The notes under the pieces are model-generated. The model was not told the DNA's origin. It saw nothing but the letters and a program-made list of their open reading frames with translations, and made no database searches. From the NCBI RefSeq assembly GCF_031178445.1, contig NZ_JAPSIY010000008.1, forward strand, positions 65,429 to 129,428: DNA of 64,000 bases. The letters run 5' to 3'. The position numbers and the translations under genes were made by a program. The DNA comes from Microbacterium sp. GTDB lineage: Bacteria; Actinomycetota; Actinomycetes; Actinomycetales; Microbacteriaceae. Below, piece by piece: positions 56,068-64,000 of the stretch (the stretch's first letter is position 1; every line of letters begins with the position of its first letter).

Positions 56068-56871
56068 CTAGTTTCCTGTGTCGAATCGCGCCGACGGCGT
56101 GCCGCCGGCGAGTGCTCGGGTGGTTTCGGCGAGGCGATCGAGGCCGCCGTCGCGGAGCGCCCGGACGAGCGCGGTGCCGACGATCGCGCCATCGGCGTAG
56201 TCGATGACCCCTGCGATCTGCTCGGCGGTCGAGATGCCGATGCCGACGCAGGCGCGAGCCGCTCCCCTGGCGCGAAGGCGGTCGACCAGTGTGCGCGCCG
56301 CCTGATCGAGCGCGGTTCGCTCGCCGGTGATGCCCATCGTCGAGACCGTGTAGACGAACCCGGTCGACGAGGAGATCACCAGGTCGAGGCGCTCATCGGT
56401 CGAGGTCGGTGCCGCCAGGAAGATGCGGTCGAGTCCGGTGCGCTCGCTGGCGGCGATCCACTCCCCCGCAGCTTCCGGCGTGATGTCGGGTGTGATGAGG
56501 CCTGCGCCGCCCGCGGCGAGCAGGTCGTCCGCGTAGCGGTCCACGCCGTACTGCAGTACGGGATTCCAGTAGGTCATCACCACGACGGGGACGTCGACCT
56601 GGTCGCTGATCGCCTTCACCGCGGTGAAGAGATCGCGCATCCGGAACCCGTTCGCGAGTGCCTGCTTGGTGGCCTCCTGGATGATGGCGCCGTCCATCAC
56701 CGGGTCGGAGTACGGCGGGCCGAGCTCGATGATGTCCACGCCGTTGCGCGCGAGGGTGACGGCGGCCTGGATGCTGGTCTCGAGGTCGGGGAACCCGACG
56801 GGAAGATAGCCGATGAACGCGCCGCGACCTTCGGACTGCGCGCGAGCGATCGCGGCCTCGACGCGCGTCAT
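56068..56871 (-). CDS. trpA: Tryptophan synthase alpha chain
   Basis: [29 protein letters not shown]. Confidence 0.97.
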   Translation of the reverse strand: MTRVEAAIARAQSEGRGAFIGYLPVGFPDLETSIQAAVTLARNGVDIIELGPPYSDPVMDGAIIQEATKQALANGFRMRDLFTAVKAISDQVDVPVVVMTYWNPVLQYGVDRYADDLLAAGGAGLITPDITPEAAGEWIAASERTGLDRIFLAAPTSTDERLDLVISSSTGFVYTVSTMGITGERTALDQAARTLVDRLRARGAARACVGIGISTAEQIAGVIDYADGAIVGTALVRALRDGGLDRLAETTRALAGGTPSARFDTGN

Positions 56872-58076
56872 CCGGCGTTCTCCTCGTCGTACAGGTGGAA
56901 GTAGCGGGCAGCGGTGTCCATGTCCTTGTCTCCACGGCCCGAGAGGCACACGGCGATGATGCCCTCAGGGCCGAGCTCGCGGCCGAGGCGCACGGCCCCT
57001 GCGAGGGCGTGCGCCGACTCGATCGCGGGAATGATGCCCTCGGTGCGGCTGAGCAGGCGCAGCGCCTGCATGGCCTCGTCGTCGGTGGCCGGGACGTACT
57101 CGGCGCGACCGATGTCGGCCAGCCAGGAGTGCTCAGGGCCGACCCCGGGATAGTCCAGGCCCGCGGAGATCGAGTGCGACTCGGTGGTCTGACCGTCTTC
57201 GTCCTGCAGCACGTAGGTCCGTGCTCCGTGCAGCACGCCGGGCCGACCGCGCTCGATCGACGCCGCGTGCCTCGGAGTGTCGACACCGTCGCCGGCGGCC
57301 TCGACGCCGTATAGCTTCACCGCGTCGTCGTCGAGGAAGGCGTCGAACATGCCGATGGCGTTGGACCCTCCGCCGACGCAGGCCACGACTGCATCCGGGA
57401 GGCGCCCGGCCTCGGCGAGCAGCTGCTCGCGGGCCTCCTCTCCGATGATCTTCTGGAAGTCGCGCACCATGGCGGGGAACGGATGCGGACCCGCCGCGGT
57501 GCCGAAGATGTAGTTGGTGGTCTCGACGGCCGCGACCCAGTCGCGGTAGGCGTCGTTGATGGCGTCCTTCAGGGTGCGCGACCCCGTCGTCACCGCGACG
57601 ACCTCAGCACCCAGCAGTCGCATGCGCGCGACATTCAGCGCCTGCCGCTCGGTGTCCACCTCGCCCATGTAGATCGTGCAGTCGAGCCCGAACAGCGCGG
57701 CCGCGGTGGCGGTGGCGACGCCGTGCTGACCCGCTCCGGTCTCAGCGATCACGCGGGTCTTGCCGAGGCGTTTGGTGAGCAGTGCCTGCCCGAGCACGTT
57801 GTTGATCTTGTGCGACCCCGTGTGATTGAGGTCCTCACGCTTGAGGAAGACGCGCGCGCCACCGGCGTGCTCGGCGAAGCGAGGCACCTCGGTGATCGGA
57901 GACGGGCGCCCGGCGTAGGAGTGCAGCAGGCTCGCGAGCTCGGAGCGGAACGCCGGGTCAGCGATCGCGTCCTCGTATGCGGCCGTGAGCTCGTCGATCG
58001 CTGCGATCAGTGATTCCGGCATGTAACGGCCGCCGAAGTCGCCGAAGAACGGCCCGTGCTGGTCGCGAAGACTCAC
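56868..58076 (-). CDS. trpB: Tryptophan synthase beta chain
   Basis: [41 protein letters not shown]. Confidence 0.98.
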   Translation of the reverse strand: MSLRDQHGPFFGDFGGRYMPESLIAAIDELTAAYEDAIADPAFRSELASLLHSYAGRPSPITEVPRFAEHAGGARVFLKREDLNHTGSHKINNVLGQALLTKRLGKTRVIAETGAGQHGVATATAAALFGLDCTIYMGEVDTERQALNVARMRLLGAEVVAVTTGSRTLKDAINDAYRDWVAAVETTNYIFGTAAGPHPFPAMVRDFQKIIGEEAREQLLAEAGRLPDAVVACVGGGSNAIGMFDAFLDDDAVKLYGVEAAGDGVDTPRHAASIERGRPGVLHGARTYVLQDEDGQTTESHSISAGLDYPGVGPEHSWLADIGRAEYVPATDDEAMQALRLLSRTEGIIPAIESAHALAGAVRLGRELGPEGIIAVCLSGRGDKDMDTAARYFHLYDEENAG

Positions 58077-58882
58077 TTCGATTCCTTCCGTGCTCGCACC
58101 GGGGTCGAGCCTGCTTCGAGGAAGCCGTGCAGGGTGGTCACCGGGTCTCCCGTGACCAGCGCCTCGCCGATGAGGACCACGTCGGCTCCGGCTTCGCGGT
58201 AGCGACGCACGTCCTCGGGGGCGAGCACGGCCGACTCGGCGATGCGGATCGCGCTGTCGGGGATGCGGTCCGACAGCGTCGCGAACAGATCGCGGTCGAG
58301 TTCGAGTGTCTTCAGGTTCCGGGCGTTCACGCCGATCAGCGTGGCACCCAGGTCGACCGCCAGTTCCAGCTCCTCGGCGGAGTGGGTCTCGACCAGGGGC
58401 GTCATTCCCAGCTGCAGGATCAGGGCGTGCAGTTCCGCCAGCACGCGTGGCTCCAGGCCGGCGACGATCAGCAGGGCGAGATCCGCTCCCGCCGCCCGTG
58501 CCTCGAACACCTGGTACGGCGTGGCGATGAAGTCCTTGCGCAGCACCGGCACGTCGACTCGGGCGGTGACGGCCTCGAGATCGGCCAGACTGCCGCCGAA
58601 ACGGCGCTCCTCTGTCAGCACGCTGATCGCGGACGCTCCGCCCTGCTCGTACAGCGAGGCCTGCAGCGCGGGATCGGGGATCTCGGCGAGGGCGCCTCGC
58701 GACGGACTCGCCCGCTTGACCTCGGCGATGATCTTAACCCGGTCTGCGGGTGCGAGCGCCGCGAGTGCGTCTCGCGCCGCGGGGCGGGAGAGCGCGTCGC
58801 GCTCCACGTCGGCCAGAGGGCGGGTCAGCGCCCGTCGTTCGGCGTCTTCGACAGCGCCGGCCGTCAGGTCGGCGAGGACCAT
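58073..58882 (-). CDS. trpC: Indole-3-glycerol phosphate synthase
   Basis: [35 protein letters not shown]. Confidence 0.97.
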   Translation of the reverse strand: MVLADLTAGAVEDAERRALTRPLADVERDALSRPAARDALAALAPADRVKIIAEVKRASPSRGALAEIPDPALQASLYEQGGASAISVLTEERRFGGSLADLEAVTARVDVPVLRKDFIATPYQVFEARAAGADLALLIVAGLEPRVLAELHALILQLGMTPLVETHSAEELELAVDLGATLIGVNARNLKTLELDRDLFATLSDRIPDSAIRIAESAVLAPEDVRRYREAGADVVLIGEALVTGDPVTTLHGFLEAGSTPVRARKESK

Positions 58883-59112
58883 CAGTGCGCCTTCGGCGAG
58901 TACTTCGGGCCCTTCACTCCGTAGCCGGCCTTCGCGAGCACCACGCCCACGATGGCGCCGACCACGACGACGGCAGCCGAGATCCACACGAGCACCGGCT
59001 GCTCGAGGCAGAAGAACACGGTGCCGGCCGTGAAGCCGATCAGCATGATCACAACGGCCGTCCAGGCAGCAGGCGAGTGTCCGTGTCCGGGGTCGGCGAT
59101 CGGGTTGGCCAT
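58882..59112 (-). CDS. Small HGxxPAAW-type membrane protein
   Basis: GHGHSPAAWTAV plus two TM segments, upstream of trpC. Confidence 0.85.
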   Translation of the reverse strand: MANPIADPGHGHSPAAWTAVVIMLIGFTAGTVFFCLEQPVLVWISAAVVVVGAIVGVVLAKAGYGVKGPKYSPKAH

Positions 59113-59155
59113 GTTCTCCTCCAGGAAGCTCAGCGTCGGGTTCAGTCTATCGGGG

Positions 59156-59746
59156 TCAGTTCGTCGGGTCGGCGCCGTGGGACAGCTCGTCCCAGGAGTC
59201 GACCGGATCCAGGGGGCCGCTGGTGTGGTCGTGTGTCGCGCTCGCGGCCCGGTAGCGGCGCGCGCCGGCCTTCCAGCGGCGCGCTGTGGTCAGCACGAAG
59301 ACGGATGCCAAAAACAGCACCAGCCAGCAGATCACGGCGACCACGGGCCAGGTCGAGGGCTCGATCCGGTCGACGATGCCTTCGACGGTTCGCTCGCCGG
59401 CGAGCCCGGTCGCCTCCGTGACGGTCGAGGCGACCGCCGAGAGCGGCGGGTCGGCGAGCAGGGGGATCGTACCGATCGTCAGGACGAGTGCTGCCCCCGC
59501 GCCCAGCGCGGCGATGACGTACCGCAGCACGACACCCGCAATCGCGAGCGCGGCGCCGAGAGCCAGTGCGGCCAGCGACAGCGGAGCGAGCAGCGCGATG
59601 GCGTCGGCACCCGGCACGGCGAGCGGGTCGCCGGCGTCGGAGCGGTGCACGGTCAGCCAGGTCTGAGTCGAGGAGATGATCCCCACTCCGCCGGCGAGCA
59701 GAAAGCCCAGCACGGCGATGCTCCGCGCCCTCCGGAGCATCCTCAT
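59156..59746 (-). CDS. Trp biosynthesis-associated membrane protein
   Basis: TQTW, TM segments, RY and [12 protein letters not shown]-terminus. Confidence 0.85.
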   Translation of the reverse strand: MRMLRRARSIAVLGFLLAGGVGIISSTQTWLTVHRSDAGDPLAVPGADAIALLAPLSLAALALGAALAIAGVVLRYVIAALGAGAALVLTIGTIPLLADPPLSAVASTVTEATGLAGERTVEGIVDRIEPSTWPVVAVICWLVLFLASVFVLTTARRWKAGARRYRAASATHDHTSGPLDPVDSWDELSHGADPTN

Positions 59747-60096
59747 GACTCGCCGGCCTGCAGGGTCAGCTCCCGGCCGTCGAAACAGGTTCGGGTGCCG
59801 GTGTGACACGCTGCGCCGTGCTGGTCGACGGCGAGCAGGATCGTGTCGCCGTCGCAGTCGACGGAGACGCCGTGCACCTCCTGCGTGTTGCCCGAGGTGT
59901 CGCCCTTGCGCCAGTACTCCTGCCGTGAGCGCGACCAGTACACAGCCCGCCCTCCGCTGAGCGTACGACGCAGCGCCTCGGCATCCATCCACGCGAGCAT
60001 GAGCACCTCGCGCGTGTCGAACTGCTGCACCACTACCGGCGCGAGGCCGTCGGCGTTCCAGGCGACCCGTGCGATGTCGTCGTCGAGGGTGCTCAT
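59743..60096 (-). CDS. hisI: Phosphoribosyl-AMP cyclohydrolase
   Basis: [32 protein letters not shown]. Confidence 0.96.
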   Translation of the reverse strand: MSTLDDDIARVAWNADGLAPVVVQQFDTREVLMLAWMDAEALRRTLSGGRAVYWSRSRQEYWRKGDTSGNTQEVHGVSVDCDGDTILLAVDQHGAACHTGTRTCFDGRELTLQAGES

Positions 60097-60854
60097 CGCA
60101 CCACCACCCCGGCGTCGCGCAGGGCATCCTTCACGTCGCCGACGGTGAGCTGTCCGCTGTGGAAGACGCTGGCGGCGAGCACGGCATCCGCGCCGGCGTC
60201 GATGGCCGGGGCGAAGTGCTCGACGGCGCCGGCACCTCCGGAGGCGATCACGGGGACCGACGACACCTCCCGCATGAGCTGCACGAGCTCGAGGTCGAAT
60301 CCGTCCTTCGTGCCGTCCGCGTCGATCGAGTTGACCAGCAGCTCGCCCGCACCGCGGGCGATCGCCTCGCGCGCCCAGTCCAGCGCGTCCAGCGTCGTCT
60401 CAGTGCGCCCGCCGTGGGTGGTCACGACGAAACCCGAATCGGTGCCGCTCGCGCGCTTGACGTCGAGTGACAGCACGAGCACCTGAGCGCCGAACCGGTC
60501 GGCGATCTCGTCGATGAGCGATGGCCGTGCGATGGCGGCGGAGTTCACGCCGACCTTGTCGGCACCGACCGAAAGCAGCCGAGCGACGTCGTCGACGCCA
60601 CGCACTCCGCCGCCGACGGTCAACGGCACGAACACCTGCTCGGCGGTGCGCTGCACGACATCGTAGGTTGTGGCTCTGGCGTCGACCGTCGCGGTGACAT
60701 CGAGGAACGTGATCTCGTCGGCGCCCTGCGCCGCATAGTGCGAGGCCAGTTCGACGGGGTCGCCCATGTCGCGCAGGTCCTTGAAGTTCACGCCCTTCAC
60801 CACGCGCCCGGCGGCGACGTCGAGACAGGGGATGACGCGGGCCGCGAGTGCCAT
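60093..60854 (-). CDS. hisF: Imidazole glycerol phosphate synthase cyclase subunit
   Basis: [34 protein letters not shown]. Confidence 0.97.
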   Translation of the reverse strand: MALAARVIPCLDVAAGRVVKGVNFKDLRDMGDPVELASHYAAQGADEITFLDVTATVDARATTYDVVQRTAEQVFVPLTVGGGVRGVDDVARLLSVGADKVGVNSAAIARPSLIDEIADRFGAQVLVLSLDVKRASGTDSGFVVTTHGGRTETTLDALDWAREAIARGAGELLVNSIDADGTKDGFDLELVQLMREVSSVPVIASGGAGAVEHFAPAIDAGADAVLAASVFHSGQLTVGDVKDALRDAGVVVR

Positions 60855-61696
60855 CAGAGCCTCGCCGCGTGGATCTCGGTGACGAGGATGGCCCGCGCGC
60901 CGAGCGCGTACAGGTCGTCCATCACCCGGTTCATGCCGCGGCGCGGGATCATCACCCGCACCGCCACCCAGCCGGCGTCGCGCAGCGGTGAGATCGTCGC
61001 GGACTCGCGTCCTGGTGAGATCTTCACGGCCTCGTCGACGAGTTCGGCCGGGAGATCGTAGTCGAGCAGCACGTACTGACGCGCGACCATGACGCCGCGC
61101 AACCGGCGCAGCAGCGTGTCGGTGCCCTCGGGGTCGCCGGGGCGGCTGATCAGCACCGCCTCCGACTCGATGATCACCGGTCCGAAGATCTCCAGCCCCG
61201 CCTGGCGCAGCGTGGTGCCGGTCTCGACGACGTCGGCGATCACGTCGGCGACGCCGAGGCGCACGGCCGACTCCACGGCGCCATCGAGCGGGACCAGCTC
61301 GGCATGAACGCCGTGCTCGCGCAGGAAGTCGTCGACCAGGCCCGGGTAGGCCGAGGCGACGCGCACGCCGTGCAGCTCTTCGATCGAGCCGAACCGCCCG
61401 GGAGGACCCGCGAAGCGGAAGGTCGAGCGCGCGAAACCGAGCTGCTCGATCTCACGGGCGTCCTCCTGTCGCACATCGCGCAGCAGATCGCGTCCGGTGA
61501 TGCCGACGTCGAGGGCGCCCGAGGCGACGTAGGTGGCGATGTCGCGCGGGCGGAGGTAGAAGAACTCGACGTCGTTGTCGGCGTCGACGACGTGCAGGGT
61601 CTTGGCATCGCGTCGACCGGAGTAGCCGGCCTCCGCGAGCATGTCGGCGGCGGTCTCTGAGAGCGAGCCCTTGTTCGGAACGGCGATGCGGAGCAT
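60854..61696 (-). CDS. hisG: ATP phosphoribosyltransferase (long form)
   Basis: [29 protein letters not shown]-terminal regulatory domain. Confidence 0.97.
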   Translation of the reverse strand: MLRIAVPNKGSLSETAADMLAEAGYSGRRDAKTLHVVDADNDVEFFYLRPRDIATYVASGALDVGITGRDLLRDVRQEDAREIEQLGFARSTFRFAGPPGRFGSIEELHGVRVASAYPGLVDDFLREHGVHAELVPLDGAVESAVRLGVADVIADVVETGTTLRQAGLEIFGPVIIESEAVLISRPGDPEGTDTLLRRLRGVMVARQYVLLDYDLPAELVDEAVKISPGRESATISPLRDAGWVAVRVMIPRRGMNRVMDDLYALGARAILVTEIHAARL

Positions 61697-61734
61697 GAGG
61701 GTCTTTCGGATCGAGCGGTCTGGGACGGGACGCG

Positions 61735-61998
61735 TCACAGATGTCGGTAGACGTCCTCCAGGCTCAGACCCTTGGCGAGCATCATCACCTGCAGGTGGTA
61801 GAGCAGCTGCGAAATCTCCTCGGCGGCATTCTCATTTGACTCGTACTCGGCGGCCATCCACACCTCGGCGGCCTCTTCGACGATCTTCTTGCCGATCGCG
61901 TGCACGCCGCGGTCCAGCTGCGCCACGGTCCCCGACCCCTCGGGGCGGGTGCGCGCGGTCTCCTCGAGTTCGGCGAACAGCTCGTCGAATGTCTTCAC
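61735..61998 (-). CDS. hisE: Phosphoribosyl-ATP pyrophosphatase
   Basis: [22 protein letters not shown]. Confidence 0.96.
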   Translation of the reverse strand: MKTFDELFAELEETARTRPEGSGTVAQLDRGVHAIGKKIVEEAAEVWMAAEYESNENAAEEISQLLYHLQVMMLAKGLSLEDVYRHL

Positions 61999-62699
61999 GA
62001 TTCCAGGCTAGCCGCTCTCGCGCGCTCCCGGAGCCGGGTGACGGCCGCCGCCACGTCGTCCGCGCCGTAGACGGCGGACCCGGCGACGAACGTGTCGGCG
62101 CCGGCCTGGGCCGCCTGGGCGATGGTGGCGTCGGAGATTCCCCCGTCGACCTGCAGCCAGACGTCCGAACCGCGGCGACGGGCCTCGTCACGCAGTGCGC
62201 GCAGCTTCGGCATGGTCTCGGGCATGAAGCCCTGCCCCCCGAAACCGGGCTCCACCGTCATCACCAGGATCTGGTCGAACTCGTCGAGGATGCCGTACAG
62301 CGCCTCCCCCGCGGTCCCCGGCTTGATTGCGACTCCCGCGCGGGCCCCGATGCCCCGAAGCCGCCGTGCCAGCGCCACCGGATCGGCCGCCGCCTCGAGA
62401 TGGAAGGTGACGCTGGCCGCGCCCAGCTCCGCATATCCCGGTGCCCACCGGTCGGGGTCGGTGATCATGAGGTGCACGTCGAGCGGGATGTGACTGGTCT
62501 CCTGGATCCGCTCGACCATCTGCGGGCCGAAGGTCAGGTTCGGCACGAAGTGGTTGTCCATCACGTCGATGTGGGCGAAGTCCGCCGTCACGATGCGTGC
62601 CAGCTCGGACTGCATGTTCACGAAGTCGGCGGCCAGGATGCTGGGATTGATGCGCGGCGCCTCGGGCAGCCCTGCGACGCGGTTCACGGAGCCGTTCAT
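61995..62699 (-). CDS. rpe: Ribulose-phosphate 3-epimerase
   Basis: [38 protein letters not shown]. Confidence 0.97.
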   Translation of the reverse strand: MNGSVNRVAGLPEAPRINPSILAADFVNMQSELARIVTADFAHIDVMDNHFVPNLTFGPQMVERIQETSHIPLDVHLMITDPDRWAPGYAELGAASVTFHLEAAADPVALARRLRGIGARAGVAIKPGTAGEALYGILDEFDQILVMTVEPGFGGQGFMPETMPKLRALRDEARRRGSDVWLQVDGGISDATIAQAAQAGADTFVAGSAVYGADDVAAAVTRLRERARAASLES

Positions 62700-62703
62700 G
62701 GTG

Positions 62704-63999
62704 TCATCCTTCCGTCGTGCGGCGCTGCAGCAGCGCCAGGAACATGGCGTCGGTGCCATGACGGTGCGGCCAGAGCTGCACGCGTCCGCCGTCGCCTGCC
62801 AGGTCGATCGGCGAGACGGCCACCTCGTCGACGACAGCCTTGGCGTCGAGCTCCACGAGGTCGCCGCGGCGACGCAGCACCTCCTCCACCACCCCGTTCG
62901 TCTCGGCGAGGTGCGGCGAGCACGTGACGTAGGCGACGATGCCGCCCGGTGCGAGCGCGTCGACGGCGGAGTCCAGCAGCTGGGTCTGCAGCTCGACGAG
63001 CTCGGCGACGTCCGAGGGAGACTTACGCCAGCGGGCCTCGGGGCGGCGGCGCAGGGCACCGAGACCGGTGCACGGCGCGTCGACGAGGATGCGGTCGTAT
63101 GCGCCGGGATGCTGCGCGGCGAACGCGCGACCGTCCTGCTCGTGCACGGGCACATCGATGGGCAGCGGACGCACGGCATTGCGGACCAGCCCCGCTCGTG
63201 CCTGCACGAGCTCGTTCGCCTCGAGCTGGGCGCCGCCCCCGTGAGCGAGGGCGCCGAGCAGTGCGGTCTTGCCGCCCGGCCCCGCGCACAGATCCAGCCA
63301 CCGCTCCCCCTGCCGCACCGGCGCGGCGGAAGCGAGGGCGAGCGCCACCAGCTGCGAACCCTCGTCCTGGACGCGCACAGCGCCCCCGGCGCGAGCGAGC
63401 ACCTGACGAGGATCACCGCCCGGCGACGCGAACGCGGTGGGTGCATAGGGACGCGCGGGGTCTCCACGCTCGGCGAGCCCGGGCAACGCGACCAGGGTGA
63501 CCTCCGGCGAGACGTTGTCGGCCTCGAGGAGGGCGTCGAGCTCATCGGCGCGTCCCTCGGCGGCCAGGGAGCGTCGCAGGGCGCGGATGACCCACACCGG
63601 GTGCGCGGTGCGCAGCGCGAGCCTCTCATCGTCGGACCGGGCGGTCTGCTCGATCCGCTGCTGCCACACCTCGGGAGTGTCCCTGCCGATGCGGCGGAGC
63701 ACGGCGTTCGCGAAGCCCGATGCCCCTCTTCCGACCTCGGATGCGACCAGGTTCACCGCCTCGTTCACGGCTGCGTGCGGGGCGACGCGGGTGGCCAGCA
63801 GCTGATGCGCGCCCAGGCGCAGAGCGTCGAGCACCGCGGGGTCGATCTGGTCGACGGGGCGGCCTGCCGCGACAGCGATCACCGCGTCGTAGCTGCCCCT
63901 ACGGCGCAGGGTCCCGTAGGTCAGCTCGGTCGCGAGGGCGGCGTCCTGCGCCCCCAGCCCCGCCTCCCCGATCAGTGTCGGCAGCAGCAGGTTCGCGTA
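62704..63999 (-). CDS. rsmB: RsmB/NOP (Sun) rRNA m5C methyltransferase, 5' truncated by window edge
   Basis: NusB-like N-terminus, VQDEGSQ, DLCAGPGGK, DAPCTG, YVTCS. Confidence 0.93.
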   Translation of the reverse strand, partial: YANLLLPTLIGEAGLGAQDAALATELTYGTLRRRGSYDAVIAVAAGRPVDQIDPAVLDALRLGAHQLLATRVAPHAAVNEAVNLVASEVGRGASGFANAVLRRIGRDTPEVWQQRIEQTARSDDERLALRTAHPVWVIRALRRSLAAEGRADELDALLEADNVSPEVTLVALPGLAERGDPARPYAPTAFASPGGDPRQVLARAGGAVRVQDEGSQLVALALASAAPVRQGERWLDLCAGPGGKTALLGALAHGGGAQLEANELVQARAGLVRNAVRPLPIDVPVHEQDGRAFAAQHPGAYDRILVDAPCTGLGALRRRPEARWRKSPSDVAELVELQTQLLDSAVDALAPGGIVAYVTCSPHLAETNGVVEEVLRRRGDLVELDAKAVVDEVAVSPIDLAGDGGRVQLWPHRHGTDAMFLALLQRRTTEG

Positions 64000-64000
64000 G

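Noticed and set aside
7465-60365. Recurrent GCGATCGC (HIP1 palindrome)
   Set aside because: Readily explained by common Ala-Ile-Ala codons GCG ATC GCN; I cannot show an excess without a codon-aware null.
1-64000. CRISPR array, rRNA, IS element, riboswitch or attenuator
   Set aside because: No regularly spaced repeats, transposase motifs, rRNA-like sequence or recognisable riboswitch/leader peptide were seen, including upstream of his, trp and glt genes; a covariance-model search would be needed to exclude ncRNAs fully.

Overview
High-GC actinobacterial chromosome, probably Microbacterium or another Microbacteriaceae (inferred from gene order and content). Most of the window is core genome. 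Left arm: uppP, PAC2, trmI, FKBP-like, pafB, pafC, tatA, tatC, helY, lnt, rbpA. Right arm, nearly all on the minus strand: rsmB, rpe, hisEGFI, trpCBA, lgt, gltBD, pyk, tRNA-Leu, pdtaR, polA. Between them is an accessory-looking patch of about 24.8-40 kb. The most informative non-coding signal is a dif-like XerCD site at 29311-29338; gene orientation converges on it from both sides, so the window probably spans the replication terminus. Other signals: PafBC-type promoters in front of polA and an SF2 helicase, while the pup/proteasome genes are absent from their usual place; a frequent non-palindromic 8-mer GGATGCCG; many leaderless promoters; and several single-base lesions near dif. I found no CRISPR array, rRNA, IS element, integrase or prophage, and no convincing novel multi-gene defence or biosynthetic system. 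All counts are by eye and no database searches were run.
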